Made by a program: the position numbers and the translations under genes
The notes under the pieces: generated by a model
Databases searched by the model: none
What the model was told of the DNA's origin: nothing
Seen by the model: only the letters and a program-made list of their open reading frames with translations
NCBI GenBank assembly: GCA_964555355.1
Contig: CAZKRY010000016.1
Location: 28,542 to 92,541, forward strand
Length of the DNA: 64,000 nt
Source of the DNA: an uncultured Klebsiella sp.
GTDB taxonomy: Bacteria; Pseudomonadota; Gammaproteobacteria; Ga0077536
Direction of reading: 5' to 3'
Part shown: positions 1 to 10,934 of the stretch, piece after piece
Position numbering within the stretch: position 1 is the stretch's first letter
Layout: the number at the start of each line of letters is the position of its first letter

Positions 1-17
1 TTCCTCCCAAAATTTTT

Positions 18-1205
18 TTAACCTCGCAGACCTTTAAACAACTCGCCCGCAATGATGAGCTGTCTGATTTCACGCGTGCCCGCGCCAATTTCAACGATCT
101 TCGCGTTGCGATAATGGCGATTGACTTCGGTCTCCCACATGAACCCCATGCCGCCGTGGATCTGCACGGCTTTTTCGGTGCAGTCGACGATGACGCGCCC
201 GGCTTTTAGCAATGCCGCCGCGCATAACTTATGAATATCACCGCGACCGCCGCCGCCCTGCTCTAAATCGTTACAGGCGTAGAGCGCGGAATAGGCCAAT
301 AAACGCAGCGCTTCGATCTCGGTATACATATCCGCGATCTGCGCCTGCACCAATTGGAAATCGCCGATCGGTCGACCGAACTGCTGGCGCTGCGCGGCGT
401 ATTCCAGCGTCAAATCGAGCACGCGCTGCGCGCCGCCAATGACGCCGACGGCGAAAAACGCGCGCTCGAGATCAAGACCGCTCATGACCACCGCGACGCC
501 CAAGTTTTCTTCGCCGACAAGATTCGCGACCGGGACGCGGCAATCGTCGAAGACCAATTCACCGGTAGGACAACCACGCCAGCCCATTTTGTTCAGCGTC
601 TGCGCCACCGAGAATCCCGACATACCTTTTTCGACGAGAAAGGCCGAAATACCTTTCGCGCCGCGCTCGGGCGCCGTCTTGGCATACACCAATACGAGAT
701 CCGCCACCGGTCCATTGGAAATAAACATCTTGCGCCCGTTCAATACATAGTGATCGCCATCGCGCCGCGCCGTGGTGCGCATGCCACCGAGCGCATCCGA
801 GCCGGCGCCGGGCTCGGTTAACGCGAGTGCGCCGATAATCTCACCCTTGCAGAGCCGCGGAATGTATTGCTGCTTCTGCGCCTCCGTGCCATTGCGCAAT
901 AGATTATTCAGACAGAGATTCTCGTGCGGACCCCAAATCGCTTGCGCATTGGTGTTCCAGTAGCAAAAGGCTTCACCCACGACCCCTGAGGCGAAAAGAT
1001 CCATTCCCGCGCCACCCAGTGACGGCGGCGCCGTGATCCCGAGGTAGCCGGCAGCGCCTAAGTCAGCGATGAGATTGGGCGGATACCAATCCTCATCGTC
1101 CATTTTGGCAAACAGCGGATAGAGATGGTCTTTCGCATAACGATAAGCTTGCTCGTAGACTTCCTGGCAGCCACCGCGCGGATTCAACAAGGATGGAACG
1201 GACAT
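18..1205 (-). CDS. acyl-CoA dehydrogenase, isovaleryl-CoA dehydrogenase-like
   Basis: 395-aa ORF with the acyl-CoA dehydrogenase fold signatures (ALTEPGAGSD, GGMGF...E near the C-terminus). Length and motifs are typical of IVD, and MCC genes occur later in the window. Confidence 0.8.
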   Translation of the reverse strand: MSVPSLLNPRGGCQEVYEQAYRYAKDHLYPLFAKMDDEDWYPPNLIADLGAAGYLGITAPPSLGGAGMDLFASGVVGEAFCYWNTNAQAIWGPHENLCLNNLLRNGTEAQKQQYIPRLCKGEIIGALALTEPGAGSDALGGMRTTARRDGDHYVLNGRKMFISNGPVADLVLVYAKTAPERGAKGISAFLVEKGMSGFSVAQTLNKMGWRGCPTGELVFDDCRVPVANLVGEENLGVAVVMSGLDLERAFFAVGVIGGAQRVLDLTLEYAAQRQQFGRPIGDFQLVQAQIADMYTEIEALRLLAYSALYACNDLEQGGGGRGDIHKLCAAALLKAGRVIVDCTEKAVQIHGGMGFMWETEVNRHYRNAKIVEIGAGTREIRQLIIAGELFKGLRG

Positions 1206-1315
1206 GCGGGCTCTCGAGGAAACGGGATTTGCGCACCATAGCGGCGCCAGCCATCAACCGCAAACCGTTACGCCACGGCGCGCGATTCACGCGCTGGTTC
1301 CTGTGCGCGGCTTGC

Positions 1316-1771
1316 CTAATCCGGTCGCGACCGCCCCAGACTATCCAGCCAAATCATGACCGCGCGCTCGATCGGTCGCGCGGCGCGCAACCGTAAAGAG
1401 TAGAACGTTGTGCCGCGCGTTACCTCCGCGCCTTCCAGCACCAAGCCCGGCATGCCCCGGAAAAAGGAATAATCCACCAACGTCAGCGGATACACGCTGC
1501 CGTCGCGGGTGCGGGCTTCCGCGTGCACGGAGGCAAGGGGGAAAACATTCGGCAATTGCCTGACCACGTGCTCGCGGTCCATGCCCACGGATTCCAAGTC
1601 CCGCAAGTACAAGATAAGGCGCGGCCGTCCGGTATTAGCGGTGAGTGCTTCGCGCAATTCGAACGGGCGCCACTCGATGCCAACATCGACCGGCGCGCCG
1701 GTCAGCGTCAGTGAGTCAAGCGACACCCCGCCCATCGCAAATAAGAGCGAGGCGCACAGCAGTTCGGTCAT
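1316..1771 (-). CDS. hypothetical protein
   Basis: 151-aa ORF with coding-like composition and no recognisable motif. Confidence 0.3.
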   Translation of the reverse strand: MTELLCASLLFAMGGVSLDSLTLTGAPVDVGIEWRPFELREALTANTGRPRLILYLRDLESVGMDREHVVRQLPNVFPLASVHAEARTRDGSVYPLTLVDYSFFRGMPGLVLEGAEVTRGTTFYSLRLRAARPIERAVMIWLDSLGRSRPD

Positions 1772-1787
1772 GCGGTGGATGCCGCGC

Positions 1788-2654
1788 TCATTTCAAGGCC
1801 GGTGGCGTTCCTAATTTCTTAATCAAGGCCTCAGCGTCCAGCGCTTCCCAATTGGCCTTCAGCACACTCAACGTCACGTAGCCATGCGCGAAAAGCGCTG
1901 TGTCGGTCTCCGTTTCCGGATCATGTGTGAGGGGGTCCGGCCCAAACGAGAGCTTAATCCGGCCGGGCTCCGCCAACGCCACATACTTCATGGCGTAGCC
2001 GGCGTCCGGCGCGACCGCCGCCCAGCGCGCGCCTCGTGCCACTGGATTGACCGGGTAATTGATATTGATCACCGTGCCAGGTGGTAGGAGACGTGACTTG
2101 GCGTCCGGGGGCATTACCTGCCCGATGAAATCCGCGACGAACTTGCCGGCCGCCGGATACGCGGCCAAGGTACTTGGAAAGCCCTCCTTGGCCTGCGCGA
2201 AGTCGATCCCGACCGAAATCGCCAAGGCCGGGATCCCGCGTGCGGCGGCGACAATTGCCGCCCCGACCGTGCCGGATACATTGGATGTCGAACCAATGTT
2301 CTGACCGCGATTGGCGCCGGACACCACCAGATCGGGCGGCGCATCCTTGAACACGAGGTCGAGCCCGACCAAAGACGCGTCGGCCGGGCTGCCGTCCACC
2401 ACCCACACGTTGGGCGCAGCCTGCGCGAAGGCCATCTCGCCGGTGGAAATCTTGGCGCTGCTTCCGCTCTGATCGAGACGTGGCGCTACCATGGTGACCG
2501 AGTGCCCGGCGGCAGTGAGCGCTTCGTGCACGGCTTTGATCCCCGGCGCCTCAAATCCATCGTCGTTCACCAACAGAATATTGAGCGCCACCGCATTGCT
2601 GAAAAATCCGGCCAGCGCAAAGCTCGCCAACGCTCTGTGAGTCAATCGCCGCAT
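1788..2654 (-). CDS. surE: 5'/3'-nucleotidase SurE family protein with N-terminal signal peptide
   Basis: N-terminal LLVNDDGFEAPGI motif, the SurE hallmark, and length of ~288 aa. A hydrophobic leader suggests export. Confidence 0.75.
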   Translation of the reverse strand: MRRLTHRALASFALAGFFSNAVALNILLVNDDGFEAPGIKAVHEALTAAGHSVTMVAPRLDQSGSSAKISTGEMAFAQAAPNVWVVDGSPADASLVGLDLVFKDAPPDLVVSGANRGQNIGSTSNVSGTVGAAIVAAARGIPALAISVGIDFAQAKEGFPSTLAAYPAAGKFVADFIGQVMPPDAKSRLLPPGTVININYPVNPVARGARWAAVAPDAGYAMKYVALAEPGRIKLSFGPDPLTHDPETETDTALFAHGYVTLSVLKANWEALDAEALIKKLGTPPALK

Positions 2655-2810
2655 GCGTTTGTCCTGCGAAGTGGTTAATAAGGTCGGAGTCTAGCCGATG
2701 CGACGGTGGCGACAAATGCCGTTCCGGCTCGGCGTTGCGATAATCAGCCGAGAAATGGCCCGCGATGCCGAGTATCCTTAGTGTTTTCGAAAACTGAACG
2801 GGACGCGTAG

Positions 2811-5012
2811 ATGAACCCTGGCACAATCGACACGACTTACACCCATACCCGGGTCAACCTTGGCCGCATGGAGGTTGCAAATCCGCTTTACCAATTGGTG
2901 GTCAATGACATTCTGCCGGACTTGGGCCTTGACCCAACTGCTTTTTGGGCGATGCTGGAAGAGGTGCTGACAGAGCTCGCACCTAAGAACAACGTGCTCC
3001 TTTTGAAGCGCTATAAGCTGCAGGCGGAAATCGACACGTGGCATCAAGCCCGCTGCGATGCGCCGCACGATCCCGCGCAATACAAAAAGTTTCTGCAGAA
3101 AATCGGCTATCTGCTGCCCGAAGGGCCGGACTTTGCAATCGCAACTACAAACGTTGACGACGAGATCGCCATTACGGCCGGGCCGCAGTTGGTGGTTCCA
3201 GTCAAGAATGCGCGCTATGCGCTGAATGCGACGAATGCGCGCTGGGGCTCGCTTTACGATGCACTGTATGGCTCGGATGTCATTCCGGAGACCGACGGCG
3301 CTACCAAGGCAGGCGCTTACAATCCCACGCGCGGCGCCAAGGTCATTGCCTATGCCCGTGGATTGCTCGACAAAGCGGCACCTTTGGCACGCGGTTCGCA
3401 CGCTGAGGCAGTTGCTTATCGCGTGGTCAACGCGGAGTTGATTATCGAGCTAAAGGGCGGCGAGCAGACCCGTTTGCAGGAAGCTCCAAAATTTGCCGGC
3501 TACAACGGCGCGCCCGCGCATCCGACGGAAGTGTTATTGCGCAACAACGGCCTGCATATCGTCATCCAGTTTGACGTCAAACATCCGGTAGGCAAGGCGG
3601 ACACGGCCGGCGTTAAAGATCTGATTCTTGAATCCGCGGTGACCACCATCCAAGACTGCGAAGATTCCGTGGCGGCAGCCGATGGCGCGGACAAAGCCGA
3701 GGTTTACCGTAATTTGTTAGGACTGATGCGCGGCACGTTGACGGACACCTTCGATAAAGGCGGCAAAACCATCACGCGCACCTTGACGCCCGATCTCAAT
3801 TTTTTGGATCCGCAAGGAAATCCCATCACACTCCCCGGCCGCGCATTGTTATTGATTCGCAATGTCGGACATTTGATGACGAATGAAGCCGTCCTGCTCA
3901 AAGGCGAAGAGGTGCCGGAAGGAATTCTCGATGCCGTCATCACCGCGACCATCGCACTCTACGATCTGCGTGAGCTAGGCACGCGACGCAACTCGCGCAA
4001 AGGTTCGGTGTACATCGTCAAACCGAAAATGCACGGGCCGGAAGAAGTCGCTTTTGCCTGCGCGTTGTTCGACAAAGTCGAAGACATGCTTAAACTGCCG
4101 CGACACACGCTCAAGATCGGCGTCATGGATGAAGAGCGCCGTACCACGGTCAACCTCAAGGAATGTATCCGCGCGGCAAAAGATCGTTTGATTTTCATTA
4201 ATACCGGCTTTCTCGATCGCACCGGAGACGAGATTCACACCTCGATGGAAGCCGGCGTCATGGTGCGCAAGGAGGCCATGAAGCAAGAGATTTGGATCAA
4301 GGCTTACGAAAATTGGAACGTCGATGTGGGGCTCGCCTGCGGCCTACAAGGCAAAGCCCAGATCGGTAAAGGTATGTGGGCGAAGCCTGATCTGATGCGC
4401 GAGATGGTCGATACCAAAATCGCGCACTTGATGGCGGGCGCGAGTACGGCGTGGGTGCCCTCGCCGACCGCGGCCACCTTGCATGCCATGCACTATCACC
4501 ACGTCAATGTATGGACCGTACAAAACGAAATTCAGAAACGCGCGCGGGCAAGCTTGGACGATATTCTGACCATTCCGCTGCTGGGCGACACTCCGCTGAC
4601 CCGCGAGCAAGTGCAGGCCGAACTCGACAATAACTGCCAAGGTATTTTGGGTTACGTGGTACGCTGGATCGATCTCGGGATCGGCTGTTCCAAGGTACCG
4701 GACATCAATGACGTCGGCTTGATGGAAGACCGCGCGACGCTACGCATCTCCAGCCAACACATCGCGAATTGGCTGCGCCATGATTACGTCCGACGCCGGC
4801 ATGTATTGGAAACGTTCAAACGCATGGCGGTGGTGGTTGATCGCCAAAATGCCAACGAACCCGGCTACAAACCGATGTCGACGAACTTCGATGAATCGGT
4901 GGCGTTTCAAGCGGCCTGCGAATTGGTGTTCGGTGGCGTGCATCAACCGAATGGCTATACCGAGCCGGTGTTGCATCGGCGGCGGCGGGAATTGAAGGCG
5001 GCGAACGGTTGA
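2811..5012 (+). CDS. glcB: malate synthase G
   Basis: 733-aa ORF whose length and conserved blocks (e.g. [31 protein letters not shown]) match malate synthase G. Confidence 0.85.
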   Translation: MNPGTIDTTYTHTRVNLGRMEVANPLYQLVVNDILPDLGLDPTAFWAMLEEVLTELAPKNNVLLLKRYKLQAEIDTWHQARCDAPHDPAQYKKFLQKIGYLLPEGPDFAIATTNVDDEIAITAGPQLVVPVKNARYALNATNARWGSLYDALYGSDVIPETDGATKAGAYNPTRGAKVIAYARGLLDKAAPLARGSHAEAVAYRVVNAELIIELKGGEQTRLQEAPKFAGYNGAPAHPTEVLLRNNGLHIVIQFDVKHPVGKADTAGVKDLILESAVTTIQDCEDSVAAADGADKAEVYRNLLGLMRGTLTDTFDKGGKTITRTLTPDLNFLDPQGNPITLPGRALLLIRNVGHLMTNEAVLLKGEEVPEGILDAVITATIALYDLRELGTRRNSRKGSVYIVKPKMHGPEEVAFACALFDKVEDMLKLPRHTLKIGVMDEERRTTVNLKECIRAAKDRLIFINTGFLDRTGDEIHTSMEAGVMVRKEAMKQEIWIKAYENWNVDVGLACGLQGKAQIGKGMWAKPDLMREMVDTKIAHLMAGASTAWVPSPTAATLHAMHYHHVNVWTVQNEIQKRARASLDDILTIPLLGDTPLTREQVQAELDNNCQGILGYVVRWIDLGIGCSKVPDINDVGLMEDRATLRISSQHIANWLRHDYVRRRHVLETFKRMAVVVDRQNANEPGYKPMSTNFDESVAFQAACELVFGGVHQPNGYTEPVLHRRRRELKAANG

Positions 5013-5015
5013 ACC

Positions 5016-5276
5016 CTATTTACCTCTCCCACCGGGAGAGGTCGGCGCGTAGCGCCGGGTGAGGGGCAGCTTTCCTACCAGCGCTGCGCGAAAACCCTCA
5101 CCCCAGCCCTCTCCCGCACGCGGGAGAGGGAGATTTCTGTACCTCTTCCGCACGCGGGAGAGGGAGATTTCTGTACCTCTCCCGCGCGCGGGAGAGGGGG
5201 ATTTCCTAATCCTCTCGCACCGGGAGAGCGTCATTCGCATTTGACGCGCGTGCTAGACGACAGCGCGTTCGCTACG
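5016..5276. repeat. tandem array of ~33-35-nt palindromic REP-like units (ctctcccgcNcgcgggagagg..gatttc....cct), about 5 copies
   Basis: Direct reading of the sequence. It shows repeated hairpin units and the terminal unit cctctcccaccgggagaggtcggcgcgtagcgccgggtgaggggcag, which is also found at 63936-63965. It sits between convergent genes. Confidence 0.75.
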
Positions 5277-5909
5277 CTACTCGCCTTTCCCGTAATGAAT
5301 GATCGCCAAAAACTGAATTGGCATTTGAATCAATCGCTCCGGGCCATGCGGAATGTCCCCCTGAAAGGTGAACGCATCGCCGGGCTTTAGCAGACAAAGC
5401 TTTTTGCCGTGCCGGTATTCCAAGCGGCCTTTCAACATGTAAATGAATTCGATCCCGGGGTGTTGAAAACGCGGAAAAACTTCACTTTCGTCATCCAGGG
5501 TGATCAGAAACGGCTCAAAAAGTTTTTGCGGTCCCTGATCGTATGACAGCAGTTCATACGTGTGACCGCGTTTGGTGCCGCGACGGACCACTGTCATACC
5601 GCGACCCGCGGGCACGTGTCGCGCCACCCCTTCCGGTAAATCGTAATCCTTGAACAAATTGGCAAGCGACACGCCCATGGCTTGGCAGACGCGCGCGAGC
5701 GTATCCAAACTCGGCATCGCCTGACCGTTTTCGATCCGGCTCAACATGCCGCGGCTGATCCCGGATAACGCGGCGATGTCTTGAATGGTCAGCCGCTGTT
5801 GTTGGCGTTGGTTCTTGAGCGTGGCGCCGACATAGCTACCGAGATTGGCCGTCTCCTCGGGCGCTCGCCGCGCCGAACTTTTCTTTTTGTCGCGCGTGTT
5901 CGTTACCAT
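5277..5909 (-). CDS. XRE-family HTH transcriptional regulator with C-terminal cupin domain (PuuR-like)
   Basis: HTH_XRE motif (LTIQDIAALSGISRGMLSRIENG) plus a C-terminal cupin-like region. The start overlaps the mgsC stop by 7 nt. Confidence 0.7.
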   Translation of the reverse strand: MVTNTRDKKKSSARRAPEETANLGSYVGATLKNQRQQQRLTIQDIAALSGISRGMLSRIENGQAMPSLDTLARVCQAMGVSLANLFKDYDLPEGVARHVPAGRGMTVVRRGTKRGHTYELLSYDQGPQKLFEPFLITLDDESEVFPRFQHPGIEFIYMLKGRLEYRHGKKLCLLKPGDAFTFQGDIPHGPERLIQMPIQFLAIIHYGKGE

Positions 5910-7231
5910 CGGTCACCGGCTTGGCCCGGGATCCAGCGTGTCCCGGCTAACGGGACGCCCGCCATCGCGGCGGCTTCAATCGTCAACGCCACCAAATCTT
6001 CCGGTTCCAGATTGTGCACATGCGACTTCCCACAGGCGCGCGCGATGATCTGACACTCCATATTGAGCGTGCGCAGGTAATTCGCGAGACGGCGTCCACC
6101 CAGCACGGGGTCGAGCCGTTTCGCGAGTTCTTCGTTTTGGGTGGTGATACCGGCGGGATCGTTGCCGGCTTGCCAATCATCGTAATATCCGGCGCGGCTA
6201 CCGACCTTCTGGTATTCCTCATCGAGCGCCGGACTGTTATCGCCGAGCGCGATCAACGCGGCAACCCCCACCGATACCGCATCCGCACCCATCGCCAGTG
6301 CCTTGGCAACATCCGCGCCGGAGCGAATACCGCCGGAGACAATGAGCTGCACTTTGCGATGCATATCGAGTTCGGTCAGCGCTTCCACGGCTTGCCGCAA
6401 CGCGGCCATGGTCGGGATCCCGACGTGTTCGATGAACACATTCTGCGTCGCCGCGGTACCGCCCTGCATGCCATCGAGCACAATCACATCCGCGCCGGCT
6501 TTGATCGCGAGCGCGGTGTCGTAGTAAGCACGGCTGCCGCCGATTTTGATGTAAATGGGTTTCTCCCAATCGGTGATCTCGCGCAATTCGCGGATCTTGA
6601 TTTCGAGATCGTCCGGCCCTGTCCAGTCGGGATGACGACAGGCACTGCGCTGATCGATGTTGGGCGGAAGGTCGCGCATCGCGGCCACGCGCGGACTAAT
6701 TTTCTGACCGAGCAACATGCCGCCCCCGCCGGGCTTCGCACCTTGGCCCAACACCACTTCGATCGCATCGCAACGACGTAGGTCGTCGGGGTTCATGCCG
6801 TAGCGCGATGGAAGTAACTGGTAGACCAGCGTTTTGGAGGACTCGCGCTCCTCCGGCGTCATGCCGCCGTCGCCGGTGGTCGTGCTGGTACCCACTGCGG
6901 TCGCGCCACGCCCGAGTGCTTCTTTGGCCTGTGCGGAAAGCGAGCCAAAACTCATGCCCGCCACTGTGATCGGGATCTTGAGTTCGATCGGCTTCTTCGC
7001 ATAACGCGTGCCGAGCACAACATTCGTATCGCAGCGCTCGCGATAACCTTCCAACGGGTAGCGCGACATCGACGCGCCTAAAAATACCAAATCGTCAAAG
7101 TGTGGAAGATGGCGCTTGGCGCCCCAGCCGCGGATATCGTAGATACCTTCGCGCGCCGCGCGTTGGATCTCGTGAATGACATCGCGATTGAACAACGAAG
7201 ATTCGATGAGTCCGGGATATTGTGTGCTCAT
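5903..7231 (-). CDS. mgsC: N-methylglutamate synthase subunit C (glutamate synthase FMN-binding domain family)
   Basis: 442-aa ORF resembling the GltB central FMN domain (GMSFGSLS...GGTAA...IVSGGIRSGADVAKALAMGADAV). It sits in a conserved mgs/gmaS/mgd arrangement. Confidence 0.75.
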   Translation of the reverse strand: MSTQYPGLIESSLFNRDVIHEIQRAAREGIYDIRGWGAKRHLPHFDDLVFLGASMSRYPLEGYRERCDTNVVLGTRYAKKPIELKIPITVAGMSFGSLSAQAKEALGRGATAVGTSTTTGDGGMTPEERESSKTLVYQLLPSRYGMNPDDLRRCDAIEVVLGQGAKPGGGGMLLGQKISPRVAAMRDLPPNIDQRSACRHPDWTGPDDLEIKIRELREITDWEKPIYIKIGGSRAYYDTALAIKAGADVIVLDGMQGGTAATQNVFIEHVGIPTMAALRQAVEALTELDMHRKVQLIVSGGIRSGADVAKALAMGADAVSVGVAALIALGDNSPALDEEYQKVGSRAGYYDDWQAGNDPAGITTQNEELAKRLDPVLGGRRLANYLRTLNMECQIIARACGKSHVHNLEPEDLVALTIEAAAMAGVPLAGTRWIPGQAGDRW

Positions 7232-7239
7232 GGCCGTCC

Positions 7240-7941
7240 TCAGTACGCGTCGGCGTGATCGATGTTGAAGTTGTAGAGCTTGCGCGCGGAGCCATAGCGC
7301 CGGAACTTCGCCGGAGTCTCATTCAACTTGGCTTGTTCGAGTAACGCGCCGAGCGCGGCGAGGTGTTCGTCGCGCATTTCTTTCTCGATACAGTCGGCGC
7401 CGAGATCGGCCACGCGTCCTTTAACGAAAAGCTGTGCCTCATAGAGAGAATCGCCGAATGCCGGGCCCGCATCGCCACAGACTACCAAGCGCCCGCGCTG
7501 CGCCATGAATGCTGACATATGACCGACCGAACCTTTGACGACGATATCGAGTCCCTTCAGCGAGATCCCACAACGCGCGCCGGCGTCACCTTCAATAACT
7601 AACAAACCGCCGCGGCCCGTGGCGCCGGCCGATTGGCTGGCGTTGCCGCGCAAACGCACCGAGCCCGACATCATGTTCTCCGCGAGCCCCGTCGAAGCGT
7701 TACCGTGGATATCGATGTCGGCAAACTTATTCATACCCGCGCAGTAGTAGCCGACATGGCCCATGATTTCGACTTCGCACGCGGCATTGATACCCACCGC
7801 GACTGCATGGTCGCCGGCGACATTGACCACCTGCCAGTGGGTGCGTGGCCCGTTGGCCGGTAGGTTGTGCAGCGCCTGATTGAGCTCGCGCAAGCTCTGG
7901 TGCTTCAGATCAAAAACGCGCACTTGATTGTTGGCCGTCAT
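7240..7941 (-). CDS. mgsB: N-methylglutamate synthase subunit B (GXGXG-domain protein, glutamate synthase alpha C-terminal domain family)
   Basis: GXGXG-type repeats (GDAGPAFGDSL, GDHAVAVGINAACE). The start was trimmed to the ATG at 7941-7939 (MTANNQVRV), 2 nt after the mgsA TGA. Confidence 0.75.
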   Translation of the reverse strand: MTANNQVRVFDLKHQSLRELNQALHNLPANGPRTHWQVVNVAGDHAVAVGINAACEVEIMGHVGYYCAGMNKFADIDIHGNASTGLAENMMSGSVRLRGNASQSAGATGRGGLLVIEGDAGARCGISLKGLDIVVKGSVGHMSAFMAQRGRLVVCGDAGPAFGDSLYEAQLFVKGRVADLGADCIEKEMRDEHLAALGALLEQAKLNETPAKFRRYGSARKLYNFNIDHADAY

Positions 7942-7943
7942 CG

Positions 7944-8885
7944 TCAACCCGCCTTGCGCAGTGCGGAGGTCGATTGCCGCGCCTGACCGCCCTTTTCCCA
8001 CACATACACGGTCGCCGGTTCAGGCTCCCATACGCGCGCTGTTTCCACGCCAGGTAATTTCGCGAGCGCGCGATATTCAGATGACATCGCGACCCAATCT
8101 TTGGTCTCCGCCATGACCGCCGGCTTACACGCAATTGGATCACGCAGCACGGCGAAACCGTCACTGGTGCCGATTGTGAAGGTGAAAAAGCCGTCTAGGT
8201 CTTTGAGCGCCGCGAACAACGCTTCTTCCAGCGATAAACCGTGCTGCATCTGTACGTCCAAATACTGTGCGGCAACCTCGGAGTCGTTTTCTGTCCGAAA
8301 TATCGCGCCATCCTTGGCAAGCTTGCGCCGCAGGCGATTGTGATTCGAGAGCGAGCCGTTATGCACGAGACACAGATCGCTGCCGGTGGAAAACGGATGC
8401 GAGCCGGCGGTGGTGACCGCGCTTTCGGTGGCCATCCGCGTGTGCCCGATGGCGTGGCTGCCCTGTGCTTCGCGCAACTTAAAAAAGTTCGCGACTTCGC
8501 TCGGCAATCCGACTTCCTTATAGATTTCGATATGGTGACCCACGCTCACCACCGCATAGGGCGCATGCGCGCGCAGCAGGTATCGTCGCACCGAGTGTTC
8601 ATCGGCGCTAAGTGTGAAAAGGCAGTGCGTATGAACGGGCTTAAAATCGATGTCGGTGCCAAAGCGCGTGGTGAGATCCGCCGCGACTTCCGCCCACGCG
8701 AAATCACGATTTGCGTTTTGCAACACCACTTTGACACGGCCCGCGCCGACAGGATCGCGATAGACGGCAAAGCCCGTACTATCCGGCCCGCGCTGCGTCA
8801 TTTCGAGCAGCATCGGCTCGAACAATGCGCCTAGCACGCGATAAAGCGCGGCATTCTTTAGATACAACCCGACGATTCCGCACAT
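7944..8885 (-). CDS. mgsA: N-methylglutamate synthase subunit A (class-II glutamine amidotransferase)
   Basis: N-terminal MCGIVG, the Ntn nucleophile of class-II GATases, in a 313-aa ORF. Confidence 0.75.
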   Translation of the reverse strand: MCGIVGLYLKNAALYRVLGALFEPMLLEMTQRGPDSTGFAVYRDPVGAGRVKVVLQNANRDFAWAEVAADLTTRFGTDIDFKPVHTHCLFTLSADEHSVRRYLLRAHAPYAVVSVGHHIEIYKEVGLPSEVANFFKLREAQGSHAIGHTRMATESAVTTAGSHPFSTGSDLCLVHNGSLSNHNRLRRKLAKDGAIFRTENDSEVAAQYLDVQMQHGLSLEEALFAALKDLDGFFTFTIGTSDGFAVLRDPIACKPAVMAETKDWVAMSSEYRALAKLPGVETARVWEPEPATVYVWEKGGQARQSTSALRKAG

Positions 8886-8915
8886 TTGGTGTCTCCCCTT
8901 TGGTGCCGTGCGCGC

Positions 8916-10250
8916 TCAATAAAATTCCAAATAGCGATTGATTTCCCAGTCCGACACATGGCGCGAATATTCGACCCATTCCATACGTTTCACTTTGATA
9001 AATTCGGCGATCAAATCGCTGCCGAGTTGCTCGGCAAATAATTTGTCCGCTTCGAGTGCGTCCAAGGCCTCGTTGAGATTCTGCGGCAGTAAGCCGATGC
9101 CACGCTTCTTGAGTTCGGCGCGGGAGAGTTCATAAAGGTTCTCGTTCTGCGGCGCGCCGGGATCAATCTTATTGGCGATCCCATCGAGCCCTGCGGCAAT
9201 GACCGCGGCGGCCGCTAGGTAAGGATTACAACTCGGATCCGGCAAGCGGCACTCGAGTCGGCCGTAAGGGATGCGTACCATCGAAGTTCGGTTATTGTCG
9301 CCGAAGGTAATGTAAGCGGGCGCCCACGTGGCGCCAGATAAAGACTCACCAACCACCAGACGTTTGTATGAGTTAACAGACGGTGCGAGCAGTGCGCAGA
9401 GTCCGCGCGCATGCTTTAGCAACCCGCCCATGAATTGATAGCCGAGTTTGGATAGCCCCATCCCGTACTTGTCTTTATCGTCGTGGAACAAATTGCCGGC
9501 ACCCGCGCCGGACAAGGACAAGTGCATGTGCATACCGCTACCGGTGCGATGGCGGAAGGGCTTCGGCATAAAGGTGCAGATGAGATCCATCTCTCGCGCG
9601 ATCTCGCCCGCCGCCATGCGGAACATCACGTAACGATCCGCCGCCGTCAATGCATCCGCATAGGTGTAATTGATCTCGAACTGACCGTTCGCATCTTCGT
9701 GATCGATTTGGTAGATATCGAAATCAACGGCCTGAAGTGAGGACACCAGCCGTTCGAGGAAATCTCGGCCGCGCGACAACCCTTTATAGTCATAACACGG
9801 TTTATCGAGCACATCAGTCTCATCCGCCGGTGCGAGGCTGCCGTCCGCACGTTTCTTCAGCACGATAAATTCGGGCTCGATTCCGATGTTGACCGTCCAA
9901 CCCTTGGCCTTGGCTTTCGCCGCCATTTGTTTCAGCACCAACCGCGTATCGTATGGATAGGGTTTCCCCTTGACCGTGCCGTCACATACGATGCGCGCAT
10001 AACCCGGCTGCCACGGCACCAACGACAAGGTGCTCAAGTCTCCAATCGCCATATAGTCGGCATCATGCGGCCCCATGCCGAGCCCCCACACGGCGAAGCC
10101 GGCGAAACCCGCGCCGGAAGTCAAAATATCTTCAAAGTGGGACACCGGCACCGACTTTGTTTTGGCGACGCCGTGGATATCGATGAATTGCGCCAACACA
10201 AAGCGAACATGATTGTCTTTTAGAAATTTCTGCGCTTGCTTTAGGTTCAT
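8916..10250 (-). CDS. gmaS: gamma-glutamylmethylamide synthetase (type III glutamine-synthetase family)
   Basis: 444-aa ORF of the GS-like family (catalytic region HMHLSL...GxxNLFHD) whose position between mgd and mgs genes matches known NMG clusters. Confidence 0.75.
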   Translation of the reverse strand: MNLKQAQKFLKDNHVRFVLAQFIDIHGVAKTKSVPVSHFEDILTSGAGFAGFAVWGLGMGPHDADYMAIGDLSTLSLVPWQPGYARIVCDGTVKGKPYPYDTRLVLKQMAAKAKAKGWTVNIGIEPEFIVLKKRADGSLAPADETDVLDKPCYDYKGLSRGRDFLERLVSSLQAVDFDIYQIDHEDANGQFEINYTYADALTAADRYVMFRMAAGEIAREMDLICTFMPKPFRHRTGSGMHMHLSLSGAGAGNLFHDDKDKYGMGLSKLGYQFMGGLLKHARGLCALLAPSVNSYKRLVVGESLSGATWAPAYITFGDNNRTSMVRIPYGRLECRLPDPSCNPYLAAAAVIAAGLDGIANKIDPGAPQNENLYELSRAELKKRGIGLLPQNLNEALDALEADKLFAEQLGSDLIAEFIKVKRMEWVEYSRHVSDWEINRYLEFY

Positions 10251-10334
10251 TTCTCGCTCCCCGATTTTTTGTCAATCAACTTTTGCCAATCGCGATCGCC
10301 GATGATAGGTCCCGCAGTCCCCGCATGGATTCGT

Positions 10335-10934
10335 TTAACGCTTAGTCAAATAATCGTCATAACCGAGCACCGCGGCGCCGCGCTCTTCGGCCGAGGTTCG
10401 CAGCACTTGAAACAACGACACCGCATCCGCCGCGGCGCAGACAATCCGCCATTCACCGCCCTGCGGGTAAAGATACGCCTCATGTTGCGCGAGTAGCACC
10501 GGTGCGAAGGCGTCAGCGGTCAGCTCGGTCCACGGCGACGTGCAGAGTTCGCCAAGCACGTCGGCTGCCGCCGGTCCGCCTAACGCGATCTCCGTGCTGG
10601 CGTGACTAAGTACCAATACCGCTTCGCTCGCGGGACCGCACGCGCCATCGACCCCCATGCACGCGAGGTAACGCGCATCTCCAATCCGTGCCGCCCACTG
10701 CTCGCCTGGACCGCGCGCACGAGTGAACCACGCAGGAACGCTCAAGCCCCGTTGCACCAGCCAATCGCCCGCGCGCCGGCCGAGCACCATGAATTTGCGG
10801 CGCGCACTGAGATCGACCAACCACGAGGTTGCCGCGAGAGGCACGTGCCGGGCCGCCGCGACGGTGAGTTCGCCGCGAACATCGAAGCTGAATTCCCCAG
10901 GTGCGAAACACGGCAATAGCGGACTCGGTTTCAT
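10335..10934 (-). CDS. mgdD: N-methylglutamate dehydrogenase subunit D (sarcosine oxidase gamma-like)
   Basis: 199-aa ORF directly after the SoxA-like gene with an ATGA overlap, consistent with a SoxG-like subunit in size and position. Confidence 0.6.
   Translation of the reverse strand: MKPSPLLPCFAPGEFSFDVRGELTVAAARHVPLAATSWLVDLSARRKFMVLGRRAGDWLVQRGLSVPAWFTRARGPGEQWAARIGDARYLACMGVDGACGPASEAVLVLSHASTEIALGGPAAADVLGELCTSPWTELTADAFAPVLLAQHEAYLYPQGGEWRIVCAAADAVSLFQVLRTSAEERGAAVLGYDDYLTKR

Noticed and set aside
354-821. Numerous long ORFs on the strand opposite to confident genes (e.g. 354-821+, 6014-6781+, 8241-8834+, 17585-18421-, 28743-29417-, 30662-31228+, 47750-48295-)
   Set aside because: These are Arg/Ala/Pro-rich translations typical of antisense or out-of-frame shadows in ~65% GC DNA. 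Each lies entirely inside a well-supported gene with clear family motifs.
5016-5276. Possible CRISPR array suggested by regular ~34-nt periodicity of hairpin repeats (also at 63690-64000)
   Set aside because: The units abut directly with no unique spacers. The repeats are imperfect and differ in length. No cas genes are present. The same unit type is dispersed at gene ends, as REP elements are.
7941-8001. 58-nt overlap between mgsA and the longest mgsB ORF
   Set aside because: An in-frame ATG at 7941-7939 (MTANN...) sits 2 nt after the mgsA stop and gives a conventional junction. The longer N-terminal extension is Arg/Gly-rich and unlikely to be coding.
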